Shown piece after piece: positions 28,806 to 37,924 of a stretch of DNA of 64,000 nucleotides. The stretch lies in the IMG/VR virus record IMGVR_UViG_3300018050_002226. The stretch is one strand, 5' to 3'. Source of the stretch: a virus (lineage: Duplodnaviria > Heunggongvirae > Uroviricota > Caudoviricetes). A program made the position numbers and the translations under genes. Position 1 is the first letter of the stretch, and each line of letters starts with the position of its first letter. A model generated the notes under the pieces. It did not search any database. It was not told the origin of the DNA and saw only the letters and a list, made by a program, of their open reading frames with translations.

Positions 28806-29225
28806 TCATTGTAGTACGATTTCAATAAGTTTATACATATATTCACCACACTGTCCAAAATCAATCTCATCTAATTTAAAGTATTTCCATTCAGTGTGTT
28901 CTTCACCATCTTTTGCTACGGAAAAGTCAGGTTCAATTGGCTGGTCGGTATCAAGTTGATAAACGTACATCATCCCTTTCACTTTTTTTCCGTCTCTTGT
29001 GTGTCTCGGAAGAAGTCCGATGAACTTTATGTTTCTATCTGAAATGTCCACGGCAGTTTCTTCCACAAACTCTCTTTTCGCACTATCTTGAGAGTTTTCA
29101 CCTTCCTCCATCTTTCCACCTGGTATTGACCACATACCAGGGAAAGACCCCAAGTTATTTCTTTTGCAAAGGAGAACTTCGTCTCCACATTTCACTAAAA
29201 CGCCAGCGTATCTTTTTGATTCCAT
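28806..29225 (-). CDS. Nudix hydrolase
   Basis: Nudix box GGKMEEGENSQDSAKREFVEETAV. Confidence 0.85.
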   Translation of the reverse strand: MESKRYAGVLVKCGDEVLLCKRNNLGSFPGMWSIPGGKMEEGENSQDSAKREFVEETAVDISDRNIKFIGLLPRHTRDGKKVKGMMYVYQLDTDQPIEPDFSVAKDGEEHTEWKYFKLDEIDFGQCGEYMYKLIEIVLQ

Positions 29226-29311
29226 TTGTATTTATTATTGTGTTTGTCAAAATTAACAAAAATATTTTTAAAACAAAAGTTCTAACCGATAAAAAATCTC
29301 AAGCAATTGGG

Positions 29312-29587
29312 ATGATGGGTAAAACTTTCAATAAAGACTTTGAAGCTCTTTTATTTTTGATGAGTGGGAACAAACAATGTTTTTGGATGAAAAATTGTAT
29401 TATACCCTTAGATATCATAATGATAAAAAATAATGTAATTGTTAATATTCACTCTGATTGTCCTCCTTGCGATGAAGACCCTTGTCCAACATATTGTGGA
29501 AATGGAAATATTGTTTTGGAGTTACCGGGAGGTTATTGTGATACTGTTGGTATAGAACCCGGCGATTGGGTTGAGTATCATTTTTAA
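29312..29587 (+). CDS. DUF192-like protein (true start may lie upstream at a non-ATG codon to include a TM helix)
   Basis: FWMKNCIIPLDIIMI ... VLELPGGY pattern. Confidence 0.45.
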   Translation: MMGKTFNKDFEALLFLMSGNKQCFWMKNCIIPLDIIMIKNNVIVNIHSDCPPCDEDPCPTYCGNGNIVLELPGGYCDTVGIEPGDWVEYHF

Positions 29588-31008
29588 TTTGACACTTCTT
29601 TTTCTTTTTGTTGTTCCTCTTGAATTTTTTCTTTCAGTATATTGAAAAATTTTGTTCCGAGTTGTTTCATGAATTTAATATACGGAACATCTGGCTTGTC
29701 AGGGTCGTATCTGTATGGGTCCTCTGATGGTCTTGTCTTTCTTCCAAGAAAATTTAGACCTGAAATATTCGTGATACACTTGTGTCCTCCTGAGTTAGAT
29801 TGAATAAAATCCCACATATTAATTCCAATCTTGTCCAAAAGTTGTTTTTCTTCTTCTTTGAGTTCTGAAAAAGGTTTGTCCATCATGGGTTTTATTCTAT
29901 CTAAAATTTCGTTACCCCCATCAATAAATGCAATTTTACCACCGAAAAGGGCATTGAAGTCTTTGAATGTAAATCCAACATCACCTGGTTTGGTTGATAT
30001 TTCACTTAACCATTTGATTGTCGAAAGGGGGATTGTTCTTGATTTGAGTTGGCTTTCAAAAGGTTTCAGAACGTCCTGAGCCATCTCTCCCAAATTAACT
30101 CCTTTCAACTTTCTATCTTTTTTGAAAGGGTTACATGAGACTTGTAAAAGTCCCATCGGCCACATTAGAATTAAAAAGTCCGCATTCGGATTTACTCTGA
30201 AAGGAGTGTATCTATCGTAAGAACCTGACTTCATACTTCCCGCACCATACTGAAAAATTATTCCGTCTTCTACTCTTACCTTGGGATATTTTTTCATTTG
30301 TTCCAAGTAATCATCGGACCTCTGTTGGAGAGTAGCGAAGTCTTCAGCACTTGTCATTTTCATCCATTTCTTGATGTTATTGAAAATAGACATGAGGGAG
30401 GGTTCTGAGTCCATAACCAAACTCTCCATAAACCCTTTTCGGTTTTTGAAAGCTAAAATCAGTTTGTTGATAACCAACCCAAGTAACATTTTATTTTTCT
30501 GAAGGGTCTTATCTTTATCTAATCTAAAGATATAATTTACAACATCCTCTGGTGTGATTTCATGTTTCAAAAAGTTAGCTGAGTCTACAGTACTGATTAA
30601 AAGTATATCAGCGGTTGGAAATATTTCCTTAGGTGAAACAATTTGAGATATTGTTTCAACGTTCGAACGGGCTTGTCTGAATGATTTAGAAGCCTCAGGT
30701 TCTGCACCAACCTGCCTATCGTGGTGGTCAGTATGAATAACAAACATCGGTTTACCGTGTGCGAAATCTACGAGCACTGGCATTGTATCACCTTCAGCAT
30801 CCAACTTTTTAACTGCAAATTCCTTGTCCCCATATTGAATGGTATGTGCTCCAACGACCTTGATACCATTGTCCTCAAGGTATTTTTTCATTGCAATTGC
30901 GGTGGTCACCCCATCAAGGTCAAGGTGAAAATAAATTTCGGCTTTTGGGTATCTTTTCCTCAAAGCCGAAATATCTCTTAAACCAGACTCTTTTAATAGT
31001 TTTTTCAT
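29584..31008 (-). CDS. DHH/DHHA1-family phosphoesterase (NrnA/RecJ-like)
   Basis: HLDLDG, FAHG, VIHTDHHD motifs; C-terminal SGGHK (GGGH-like). Confidence 0.6.
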   Translation of the reverse strand: MKKLLKESGLRDISALRKRYPKAEIYFHLDLDGVTTAIAMKKYLEDNGIKVVGAHTIQYGDKEFAVKKLDAEGDTMPVLVDFAHGKPMFVIHTDHHDRQVGAEPEASKSFRQARSNVETISQIVSPKEIFPTADILLISTVDSANFLKHEITPEDVVNYIFRLDKDKTLQKNKMLLGLVINKLILAFKNRKGFMESLVMDSEPSLMSIFNNIKKWMKMTSAEDFATLQQRSDDYLEQMKKYPKVRVEDGIIFQYGAGSMKSGSYDRYTPFRVNPNADFLILMWPMGLLQVSCNPFKKDRKLKGVNLGEMAQDVLKPFESQLKSRTIPLSTIKWLSEISTKPGDVGFTFKDFNALFGGKIAFIDGGNEILDRIKPMMDKPFSELKEEEKQLLDKIGINMWDFIQSNSGGHKCITNISGLNFLGRKTRPSEDPYRYDPDKPDVPYIKFMKQLGTKFFNILKEKIQEEQQKEKEVSN

Positions 31009-31301
31009 TTTCTTTTTTCTATCAAAAGGATTTCATGTTTTTTCCCTCTCTTATCGTACCCGTAATATTTTCCATCTTTTGAAAATTCAAACATAAATTT
31101 ACCTTTTGGTAAAGATGTTTTTACTTTAAAGATTTGGTCTTTCCCCATTTGAGAAAAAATAGTCAATATGTCTCCAATCAATTCTGCCTCAGCTGTTTGA
31201 CCAGGATTCATGAATAGTTCGAATTTTTTTTGTTCAGAGATAACCCTTTTTACAAGATTAATTAAGTCACCTTCGGTTAGTCTTACAATTTTTTTTGCCA
31301 T
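31005..31301 (-). CDS. hypothetical protein
   Basis: ORF track. Confidence 0.45.
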   Translation of the reverse strand: MAKKIVRLTEGDLINLVKRVISEQKKFELFMNPGQTAEAELIGDILTIFSQMGKDQIFKVKTSLPKGKFMFEFSKDGKYYGYDKRGKKHEILLIEKRK

Positions 31302-31672
31302 TAGTATTTGAGTGTTAATAAGTACTTAGATTTATTTATGAGACCCAACATCTCATCTCTAATGTTGAGTAAGTCTGTATCATATCTTGAATCGAGTTGG
31401 TCTGACATCCCAACAAAAAATTCAGTAATTCCATCTATGAAATTCTGCATACTCAATGCAGAAATATCTTGAAACATAATTCCGAATTCAGAGTCAAACT
31501 CAGGTCTTCCATATTTTCCCATCATTGTTTCAGTGAACTCATCTATCAATTCTCCCAACTTATCGTAGATGTCTCCATAAAGTCTGTGTTTAGCATCTCC
31601 AAAAGTTTGCCAATGTAAAAATTTAAATTGAAGTTGAATTTGAACGAGTTTTTTAATGAGTTCTTCTTTCAT
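31301..31672 (-). CDS. hypothetical protein (start at Met MKEEL; longer form overlaps upstream terminator)
   Basis: ORF track trimmed. Confidence 0.45.
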   Translation of the reverse strand: MKEELIKKLVQIQLQFKFLHWQTFGDAKHRLYGDIYDKLGELIDEFTETMMGKYGRPEFDSEFGIMFQDISALSMQNFIDGITEFFVGMSDQLDSRYDTDLLNIRDEMLGLINKSKYLLTLKY

Positions 31673-31703
31673 AGAAGTAATTTTTCTATAAATATCTTGA
31701 GAA

Positions 31704-31727
31704 TAAAAAAAGGGGTTTTTAAACCCC
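31704..31727 (-). terminator. terminator hairpin GGGGTTTTTAAACCCC + T-run overlapping stop of methyltransferase gene
   Basis: seen in sequence. Confidence 0.45.
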
Positions 31728-32582
31728 TTCTTCAAAATCTAATTTAGATTGTTTCTTTTTATCGATAAATTGTTGAACTCTCTTTTTAGCAATTTCACAA
31801 TAGTTCGGACTGAGTTCAATACCTACCCAGTTTCTTCCTGATATTACTGCCGCAACTGGAGTTGTACCAGAACCACAGAAAGGGTCTAAAACGACGTCAT
31901 TTTTGTAAGTGAGTATCTTCATAGCTTTCATTGGAATGTCCAAGGAAAAGGTTGCTTTGGTCATTTGTTTAGTGTCTGCAAAATATGTCCACTGTCCATA
32001 AACCAAATCCATAAACTCTTTCTTCTGTTCTTCAGTATAGAGAGTTTTTTTCTTTTTCGTTCCATCCTCTTGTTCAATCTCATCAATCACCCCAACCCAC
32101 TCGGGTTCTCCCTTAACAATCTTAATATGTTTAGACTTGTAAGCCAAGATAACACACTCTTTCGGATTGTAGATGTAAGGTGCAGAAGGAGACATCCATG
32201 AACCCCAAGCCGTTGTCTTACTTCTATGTGGAGAATCTTCATCTAAATCCACAATACCATAAAATTTAAAACCAATTCTTTGCATAATCTGCCAAAGTTC
32301 AGAGGCAATAAAAACTCTACCTCCTTTATCCTGTCGATTGATTTCATAAGGAACATTAAGAGCAATTCTACCATCCGCCTTCAGAACTCTATAAGCCTCG
32401 GTGAGCCATTTCTTTGAAAAGTCTTTGTAGTCCTCTATGTTCATATCATCATCAAATGAATCATATTCAATACCCACTCCATAGGGTGGTGAAGTAACAA
32501 TAAGGTCAATAGAGTTTTCAGGCATTTTAGCCATCTCAATTATACAATCACCATTTATTATATTTCCTAAAAAATTTTCCAT
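31719..32582 (-). CDS. DNA methyltransferase, beta-class N6A/N4C (SPPY)
   Basis: DLIVTSPPYGVG (motif IV) precedes VLDPFCGSGTT (motif I). Confidence 0.85.
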   Translation of the reverse strand: MENFLGNIINGDCIIEMAKMPENSIDLIVTSPPYGVGIEYDSFDDDMNIEDYKDFSKKWLTEAYRVLKADGRIALNVPYEINRQDKGGRVFIASELWQIMQRIGFKFYGIVDLDEDSPHRSKTTAWGSWMSPSAPYIYNPKECVILAYKSKHIKIVKGEPEWVGVIDEIEQEDGTKKKKTLYTEEQKKEFMDLVYGQWTYFADTKQMTKATFSLDIPMKAMKILTYKNDVVLDPFCGSGTTPVAAVISGRNWVGIELSPNYCEIAKKRVQQFIDKKKQSKLDFEEGV

Positions 32583-32653
32583 TATAACAGTTTAATAATT
32601 CAATTCTAATGATTTTTTTCCACTAAGTCCAGTAAATTGAAAAATATTTTCCA

Positions 32654-33055
32654 TTATAATTTTCCTTCCTGTCTCATTTGTTCACGTATTTTCGTTGCAG
32701 AAATATCATGAACTTCTTGAGGTGGTACATGTTCAATGATATCATATCCAACTCCTCGGCCGAAGTTTACTGATTCGATATCAGGAATCGTAATTACTTT
32801 AACCCTTTCCTCACCAATAAGTTGCCAAAGTTCCTTCTTAATATTTGTCTCAACTTCTTGTGCGGTGAACGGATTTTTTTCATCTGGTTCAATGTCTCTA
32901 ATACAAATTAGAACATTTTTACCTTCTTTTATAATTTCATCCACAATCCATTTGTGACCCCCATGAAAAGGCTGAAATCTTCCCACGAACATAGAGTATT
33001 GTTTACCCCCCGTGTTCTTCAATTTTGGGTCTCCTTCAACGTGAAATTTTTGCAT
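32654..33055 (-). CDS. HxGH nucleotidyltransferase, archaeal-type NMN adenylyltransferase (NadM)-like
   Basis: VGRFQPFHGGH ... NPFTAQE ... ISATKIR colinear with NadM. Confidence 0.6.
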   Translation of the reverse strand: MQKFHVEGDPKLKNTGGKQYSMFVGRFQPFHGGHKWIVDEIIKEGKNVLICIRDIEPDEKNPFTAQEVETNIKKELWQLIGEERVKVITIPDIESVNFGRGVGYDIIEHVPPQEVHDISATKIREQMRQEGKL

Positions 33056-33476
33056 ATTCTAATACTTTTTTAGCTGAGTCCTCAACACTTTCATTTGTTG
33101 TGTCGATGTCAAGGTAATTTTCGGTTGGTTGTCCATATTCTTTAACGAAGAAATCTTCTCTTCCTCTTTTTTCAGAAGTATGTATATAAACCTCCACCAA
33201 TTTATCCCCCATCTTTTCTTTGAATTTATCTCTTTGGTCTTTATAGGGGGAAACCAAAGATACTAATACATCTTCACCCTTGTTTGTGAGATACTGAGCA
33301 ATTTGTTGTGCTAACTCAATGTTTTTTCTTCTACCTTGTTCAGAGTAGTCTTTGTTTTCAAATAAATCTCTAAGGTCATCTCCATCGATGTGGAAAAAAC
33401 TGGCATCTCTAAGTAAAATTTTTTTACAAATTGTTGTTTTACCCGCACCGGGTTGGCCTGTTAACCAAATAATCAT
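33036..33476 (-). CDS. cysC: adenylylsulfate (APS) kinase
   Basis: IIWLTGQPGAGKTTI (P-loop), HIDGDDLR, VLVSLVSP, VEVYIHT colinear with CysC. Confidence 0.8.
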   Translation of the reverse strand: MIIWLTGQPGAGKTTICKKILLRDASFFHIDGDDLRDLFENKDYSEQGRRKNIELAQQIAQYLTNKGEDVLVSLVSPYKDQRDKFKEKMGDKLVEVYIHTSEKRGREDFFVKEYGQPTENYLDIDTTNESVEDSAKKVLEYAKISR

Positions 33477-33703
33477 TTTTCTAAATTTTTAATTTTTCTA
33501 TCCAAATAAAAAGCCGCTTTCTTGAGGTCTTCGATTTCTTTAGAAACGTCTTTCTTTCCTGCTCGAGCGACATATTTGACCACGTTGAATAAATAAGCGT
33601 CTTTGTCGAGCTCCCAAGCTTCACAAACCTTAATTACTTCGTATGGGTTTTCCTTTCCACCGTAGTGAGAGGGTCCATTGACCCATTCTGTATTGTCAAT
33701 CAT
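33473..33703 (-). CDS. DUF3310-family phage protein
   Basis: HYGGKENPYEVIKV ... NVVKYVARAGKK ... DLKKAAFYL. Confidence 0.55.
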   Translation of the reverse strand: MIDNTEWVNGPSHYGGKENPYEVIKVCEAWELDKDAYLFNVVKYVARAGKKDVSKEIEDLKKAAFYLDRKIKNLEK

Positions 33704-33807
33704 TTTTATTTCCCCACTTTTTTTCCATGTACTCTAAGTACTTGTGTGTTTTATTTCCGTTGTATAACATCCAAGCGAAATAATAATCGAATATCCACTC
33801 CAATTTC

Positions 33808-34038
33808 TTAATTATCTTTTTCATTAGGAAAGTATTTTTGCAAAGCCTCCAATTTATCATCAGCATCAACGAGCATTTGTAATGCTTCTTCTGCGTTTTT
33901 ATAAAAATCACCTGTTGAGTGGTCTCCAATCCCTGCAGCATTCTCAGATAATAATTTGAATGTGAGAAGAGCTTTGGCTCTTTGTGCAATAGCTTCACAA
34001 CGAAGCATTCTAATCAACTGTTCAGATACGTTTCCCAT
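33808..34038 (-). CDS. hypothetical protein
   Basis: ORF track; preferred over overlapping 33696..33998. Confidence 0.4.
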   Translation of the reverse strand: MGNVSEQLIRMLRCEAIAQRAKALLTFKLLSENAAGIGDHSTGDFYKNAEEALQMLVDADDKLEALQKYFPNEKDN

Positions 34039-34295
34039 TATTGTTTGTTTTTATGTTTGTCGGACTTTTGGCCCTTTTTATAAGGTTTTTTTTCATTTTG
34101 TTCTTGGGGTTGTTGAGAATTTTCTTCTCCTTTTACTTCAGTTAGTTTGGATTTTCTCGTAGCCGATTTCCATTCTGCTTTGGAAATATAAGTCCACATA
34201 TTTCCGACCATATTAATTGCAGTTTTGTCATCAACTCTCTTAATGGTCCCGAGAGCTACGTCTTTTGTTTCTTTGATTGATTTAATACATTTCAT
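34038..34295 (-). CDS. hypothetical protein with basic tail
   Basis: ORF track. Confidence 0.4.
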   Translation of the reverse strand: MKCIKSIKETKDVALGTIKRVDDKTAINMVGNMWTYISKAEWKSATRKSKLTEVKGEENSQQPQEQNEKKPYKKGQKSDKHKNKQ

Positions 34296-34497
34296 TGGTT
34301 TTTTCCTCCATGTTTTGATTTATAATGATAAGAATTTCTTCGGAATTGTGACCAGATTTATAGAGTTCGTAAATTTTTGAACTAATATCATCTTCGAAAA
34401 TAAGTGCATCGGACTTTCCGTAATAATTTTTCAGTCCACCATTTTTCAAAGCGTGAATTGAAGTGTCTTTGTCGACATATCTTCTATTAAATCCCAT
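34282..34497 (-). CDS. hypothetical protein
   Basis: ORF track. Confidence 0.35.
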   Translation of the reverse strand: MGFNRRYVDKDTSIHALKNGGLKNYYGKSDALIFEDDISSKIYELYKSGHNSEEILIIINQNMEEKTNEMY

Positions 34498-34509
34498 AAA
34501 ACAAATATA

Positions 34510-35289
34510 TTAAACTTTCGGAGAAGAATCAAAGGATTTCATAAGTTCCGCATTGGCAACTTGAAATATAAAAGTCAAAATTTTTCTTTTCATCATCGGA
34601 ACGAAGGTTTGTTCCATCGGGAAGGCTATTTTGGATTTGATTTCAAAAATTGGATAAATTGTTACATCATTTTTCCAAGTTGAAAAATTGGTGATTAATT
34701 CTGTTATCGAGTTATCGGACAAATTGTTTTCGAATATGAGTGTAAGATTTGTTTTGTGGTCACCCCCTTTTTTCCTATCTCTCTTAATCTCATATTGCCA
34801 AATGTACAATTTCCTTGTATCTTGTTCAACAAAGTAACAAAACCCCTTACCCAAATGTAAACTATCTCTATTTTTTTTCAAATTGATGAAAATGTTATCA
34901 AATGCAAGATTCCAAATTGATTTACCAATATTGAAGGTATCAAAAAGTTTGTTCCCTGAATACATTATTGTTTTGTCAAGTTGTTCCTCCTCTTCTCTAG
35001 AAAGGTCTCTTGGTTTTTTTGGATAAAGTTCTTTGAGTAAAATCTCATCATCACAAGAATTAAATTTTTTATCAGTCAGAAGTAATGTCTTCTCTTTTGT
35101 GAGTGATTGTAGGTTTGCTAAGTGAAGAGAGAGCTCCACAAAATCAGGGTATATCTCCAATTTTTCAAACCTTTTTTCACACTTTTGAATGTAGTCCAAA
35201 AGAGTATACTTGTTGAACTCAAAATCTACGGGAGATTTCAACATCCACTCAGGGTCCAATTGAAATGATATTTTTTTCTTTCTTGGCAT
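34510..35289 (-). CDS. hypothetical protein
   Basis: ORF track. Confidence 0.45.
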   Translation of the reverse strand: MPRKKKISFQLDPEWMLKSPVDFEFNKYTLLDYIQKCEKRFEKLEIYPDFVELSLHLANLQSLTKEKTLLLTDKKFNSCDDEILLKELYPKKPRDLSREEEEQLDKTIMYSGNKLFDTFNIGKSIWNLAFDNIFINLKKNRDSLHLGKGFCYFVEQDTRKLYIWQYEIKRDRKKGGDHKTNLTLIFENNLSDNSITELITNFSTWKNDVTIYPIFEIKSKIAFPMEQTFVPMMKRKILTFIFQVANAELMKSFDSSPKV

Positions 35290-35292
35290 TTT

Positions 35293-35871
35293 TTAATAAC
35301 TATCCGGACTGAACTCACCATTTCGGAAAATTGTGTATTTTAACGGATATTTTTTTGGAAGAGAGTAGGGTAAATTACTTATATCTTCATTTTCAAACTC
35401 ATAAACAATCTCAGTTAATCTATAGTCCCTTATCAGATACTCGAAAAATGCAACAATGCAGTTTTCATTACAATTTTTTTTAACATCCGTAAGGAAAAAT
35501 GGAATGTTAGGGTCCTCGTGTGTATCATGTAAAACCCCGTCGAACTTTTTATCCAATTTGGGAATTACCTCTTCCCAACTTCCCAATAATAAAGTAACAT
35601 TTTTTTTATTCTCAGCCCATTTCACGGCTCTTTCATAAATTTCAGGATGAACTTCAATAATGGTGTGGGAAAGAACGTTCGGATTTTCTTGAACAAAGTC
35701 GGCTGTTATATTCAACCCGAAACCAATCTCAAGTATGTGTCCTCCATTTCTCGTTGCAAGGGATGCTAACTCCCTCATTAATTTTTTTTCTGCAACATGC
35801 ATTACATATCCATCTAACTCAGGTAAAAAAATATAATTGTCACCAAAAACTAACTTTTCTTTTCCGTTCAT
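35293..35871 (-). CDS. guanidinoacetate N-methyltransferase (GAMT/Rmt2)-family SAM-dependent methyltransferase
   Basis: GGHILEIGFGLNITADFVQE ... HTIIE ... WA ... LLGSWEEV ... FDGVLHDTHED colinear with GAMT. Confidence 0.65.
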   Translation of the reverse strand: MNGKEKLVFGDNYIFLPELDGYVMHVAEKKLMRELASLATRNGGHILEIGFGLNITADFVQENPNVLSHTIIEVHPEIYERAVKWAENKKNVTLLLGSWEEVIPKLDKKFDGVLHDTHEDPNIPFFLTDVKKNCNENCIVAFFEYLIRDYRLTEIVYEFENEDISNLPYSLPKKYPLKYTIFRNGEFSPDSY

Positions 35872-35899
35872 ATATGAGAAAAATAGTTAAAAAATTTTC

Positions 35900-37642
35900 T
35901 TAATCAATTCTCATAACCACAAAGGTTTGGTCTTGTACTGTAACTTCATCAGAATTTCCGTCATAAGAATTAATAAAATGAGCTTCACCATCCACATCAA
36001 TCGCTTCCTCAATTAATGATTCAACGTCTATAAAATCCGCCCAATCTAAACCATAGTTACTCAAAAAATATTCAGGGTCACTTACCGCGTCTTCCACCAT
36101 CTCATCTATTCTTTCTTCAATCAGTTCACTTGGAAAATCTCCTTGAGGGTCATCTTTTATTTCTTGAATTTCGTCCTCCCAATCCACAATCATATCTTGT
36201 AATTCCTCTATTTTTTCCTCAGTGCCCTCTAATTCTTCCAAACTTTCAATTGAGTCTTCAGCTTGTTTTATTTTTCTTTCTAATAAACTTATATTATCAT
36301 CTTGTTTTTTTGATAGTTCCCTTTGTGAATCATCTAAGAACGCATCTGGATTATCCCAAATGTCTTGATAAAAATAATCTCTAGCGGTGTCCTCAATTTT
36401 ATCCTTGTCCAAATGACCTTTCGCAAACCCATGATTGAATGCATCCACACCCATATCATCTATTTGTTGTCTCAAAGCATCTTCAGCGCTCTCTCTAGTT
36501 TCATCTAAAGTTCCAACAGCATATCTTCTTCCTTCCAAATCCGCACTTTCTGTAACTTCAAATTCAGTCATTTCGTAATGTTCTCCTGTTGGTACAATAT
36601 TATAAACATCAATTTTTGAAACTAACTCATCTCTTTCATCTTCTAAATCACTTATTGTGTCTAAAAGGTCTGTTCTTACTTCATCAGATGTGTCGTATTC
36701 TGTGTTCAACCTTTCAATTTCATCATTAATTCTCTGAATTTCAATTCTGTCTGCATTGGTTAAGACTTTAATATCACTTGTATCAACCAACCAATCGAGA
36801 AGTGCATGAGCTTTCAACCCTTCCTCAGGACAATCGGGTCCTAAATCCCATTCTCCCTCCGCTCTTCTTTCTTCGGCGTCCTCGTACCTTTGTCTTTGAA
36901 TTCTTTGGATTTCCAATCGTCTCTGTCTTTCCTTCTCTTCTTTTTTTCTTTTTTCATCCTCAAACTTTTGAATTTGTTCGGGATATTGATTTCTGAGGTA
37001 TTCTTCAATTTGTCCCAAAATTTTATCAAGTTCTTCGGAACCAAGTATCCATCCCTTAGAGAAAGAGTTGTCTCGAGCGTCCCACCAAGATTTCTCTTTA
37101 TCAAATTTATAAAGGAGGGCAACTTTATAGAAAGGGTCATCTGTTTTTAACTTTTTATCAATAAAATAAAAAAGTTTTCCATCACTATTGTATTTGTTGA
37201 AGTTTGCATCACTATCAGTTGTGCTGGTACACCATTTAGTTCCAGCACCATAATAACAAGATGATTTATGATTAAGTGGATTTACAATGTAAAATCTATC
37301 ATCTTGGAAAACTAAATTTCCACCCTCAGTCTCTGTATAATTTCTTTTCAGCTTGTCTCGATACTTTTTAATCTCTTGGATTAACTCATCCAATGACTTA
37401 TAACGATTAATGTCTGTTTGAGGTAAATTTGATGAAATGTTCTCGAAAATATTTAAATATTCATTGAGTTGTAAAATTTCTTTTTCAAAGGAAATTCCGT
37501 CCAAAACTCGTCCTGACCAATCTAAAAATTTTGGTTTAATCAAATCAATCATTCTTTTAAGCTGTTCACCGGTAAACTTGTTAGCATATTTGAAAGCAAA
37601 CTCATCAACTCTCGACTCTTTTAAAATTTGAAAAAATTTCAC
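35900..37642 (-). CDS. large protein with conserved CYYGAGTKWCTS domain and long acidic coiled-coil C-terminus (possible internal virion protein)
   Basis: ORF track; domain shared with 53915..55246. Confidence 0.55.
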   Translation of the reverse strand: MKFFQILKESRVDEFAFKYANKFTGEQLKRMIDLIKPKFLDWSGRVLDGISFEKEILQLNEYLNIFENISSNLPQTDINRYKSLDELIQEIKKYRDKLKRNYTETEGGNLVFQDDRFYIVNPLNHKSSCYYGAGTKWCTSTTDSDANFNKYNSDGKLFYFIDKKLKTDDPFYKVALLYKFDKEKSWWDARDNSFSKGWILGSEELDKILGQIEEYLRNQYPEQIQKFEDEKRKKEEKERQRRLEIQRIQRQRYEDAEERRAEGEWDLGPDCPEEGLKAHALLDWLVDTSDIKVLTNADRIEIQRINDEIERLNTEYDTSDEVRTDLLDTISDLEDERDELVSKIDVYNIVPTGEHYEMTEFEVTESADLEGRRYAVGTLDETRESAEDALRQQIDDMGVDAFNHGFAKGHLDKDKIEDTARDYFYQDIWDNPDAFLDDSQRELSKKQDDNISLLERKIKQAEDSIESLEELEGTEEKIEELQDMIVDWEDEIQEIKDDPQGDFPSELIEERIDEMVEDAVSDPEYFLSNYGLDWADFIDVESLIEEAIDVDGEAHFINSYDGNSDEVTVQDQTFVVMRID

Positions 37643-37728
37643 CTTTTTTATTTAATAAATATCTTTTCTAAATTATATTTCCCCTACAAATATATTTATC
37701 TAAATAAACTCAACAAAAATAATTTTTT

Positions 37729-37899
37729 ATGGGATGTGGATGTAAAAATAAAGGTCAACAACAACCTGTTTCTGCAGCTGAGGCCGCGGCTCAACAAAGA
37801 CAAATACAAGAGCAACAAAAAATTCAACAGGACAACGTAAAAGCCTCCGTGAAAAAAACAATTGAAAAGTATTACCAAGCGAATAAGACCAACAAATAA
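37729..37899 (+). CDS. 56-aa Gln-rich small protein MGCGCKNKGQQQP..., not in ORF track
   Basis: ATG to TAA followed by terminator; replaces low-complexity ORFs 37628..37840 and 37696..37932. Confidence 0.35.
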   Translation: MGCGCKNKGQQQPVSAAEAAAQQRQIQEQQKIQQDNVKASVKKTIEKYYQANKTNK

Positions 37900-37924
37900 A
37901 AAGATATAACTTCTAATCATTATA

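Noticed and set aside
29584-31008. Calling the DHH/DHHA1 protein specifically RecJ
   Set aside because: The spacing between the DHH and GGGH-like motifs (~310 aa) fits neither RecJ nor NrnA cleanly. It is kept at family level.
33696-33998. ORF 33696..33998 overlapping 33808..34038 in another frame
   Set aside because: Its composition is Cys/Met/Leu-rich and atypical. The overlapping ORF has a balanced composition. At most a 42-aa C-terminal fragment could be real.
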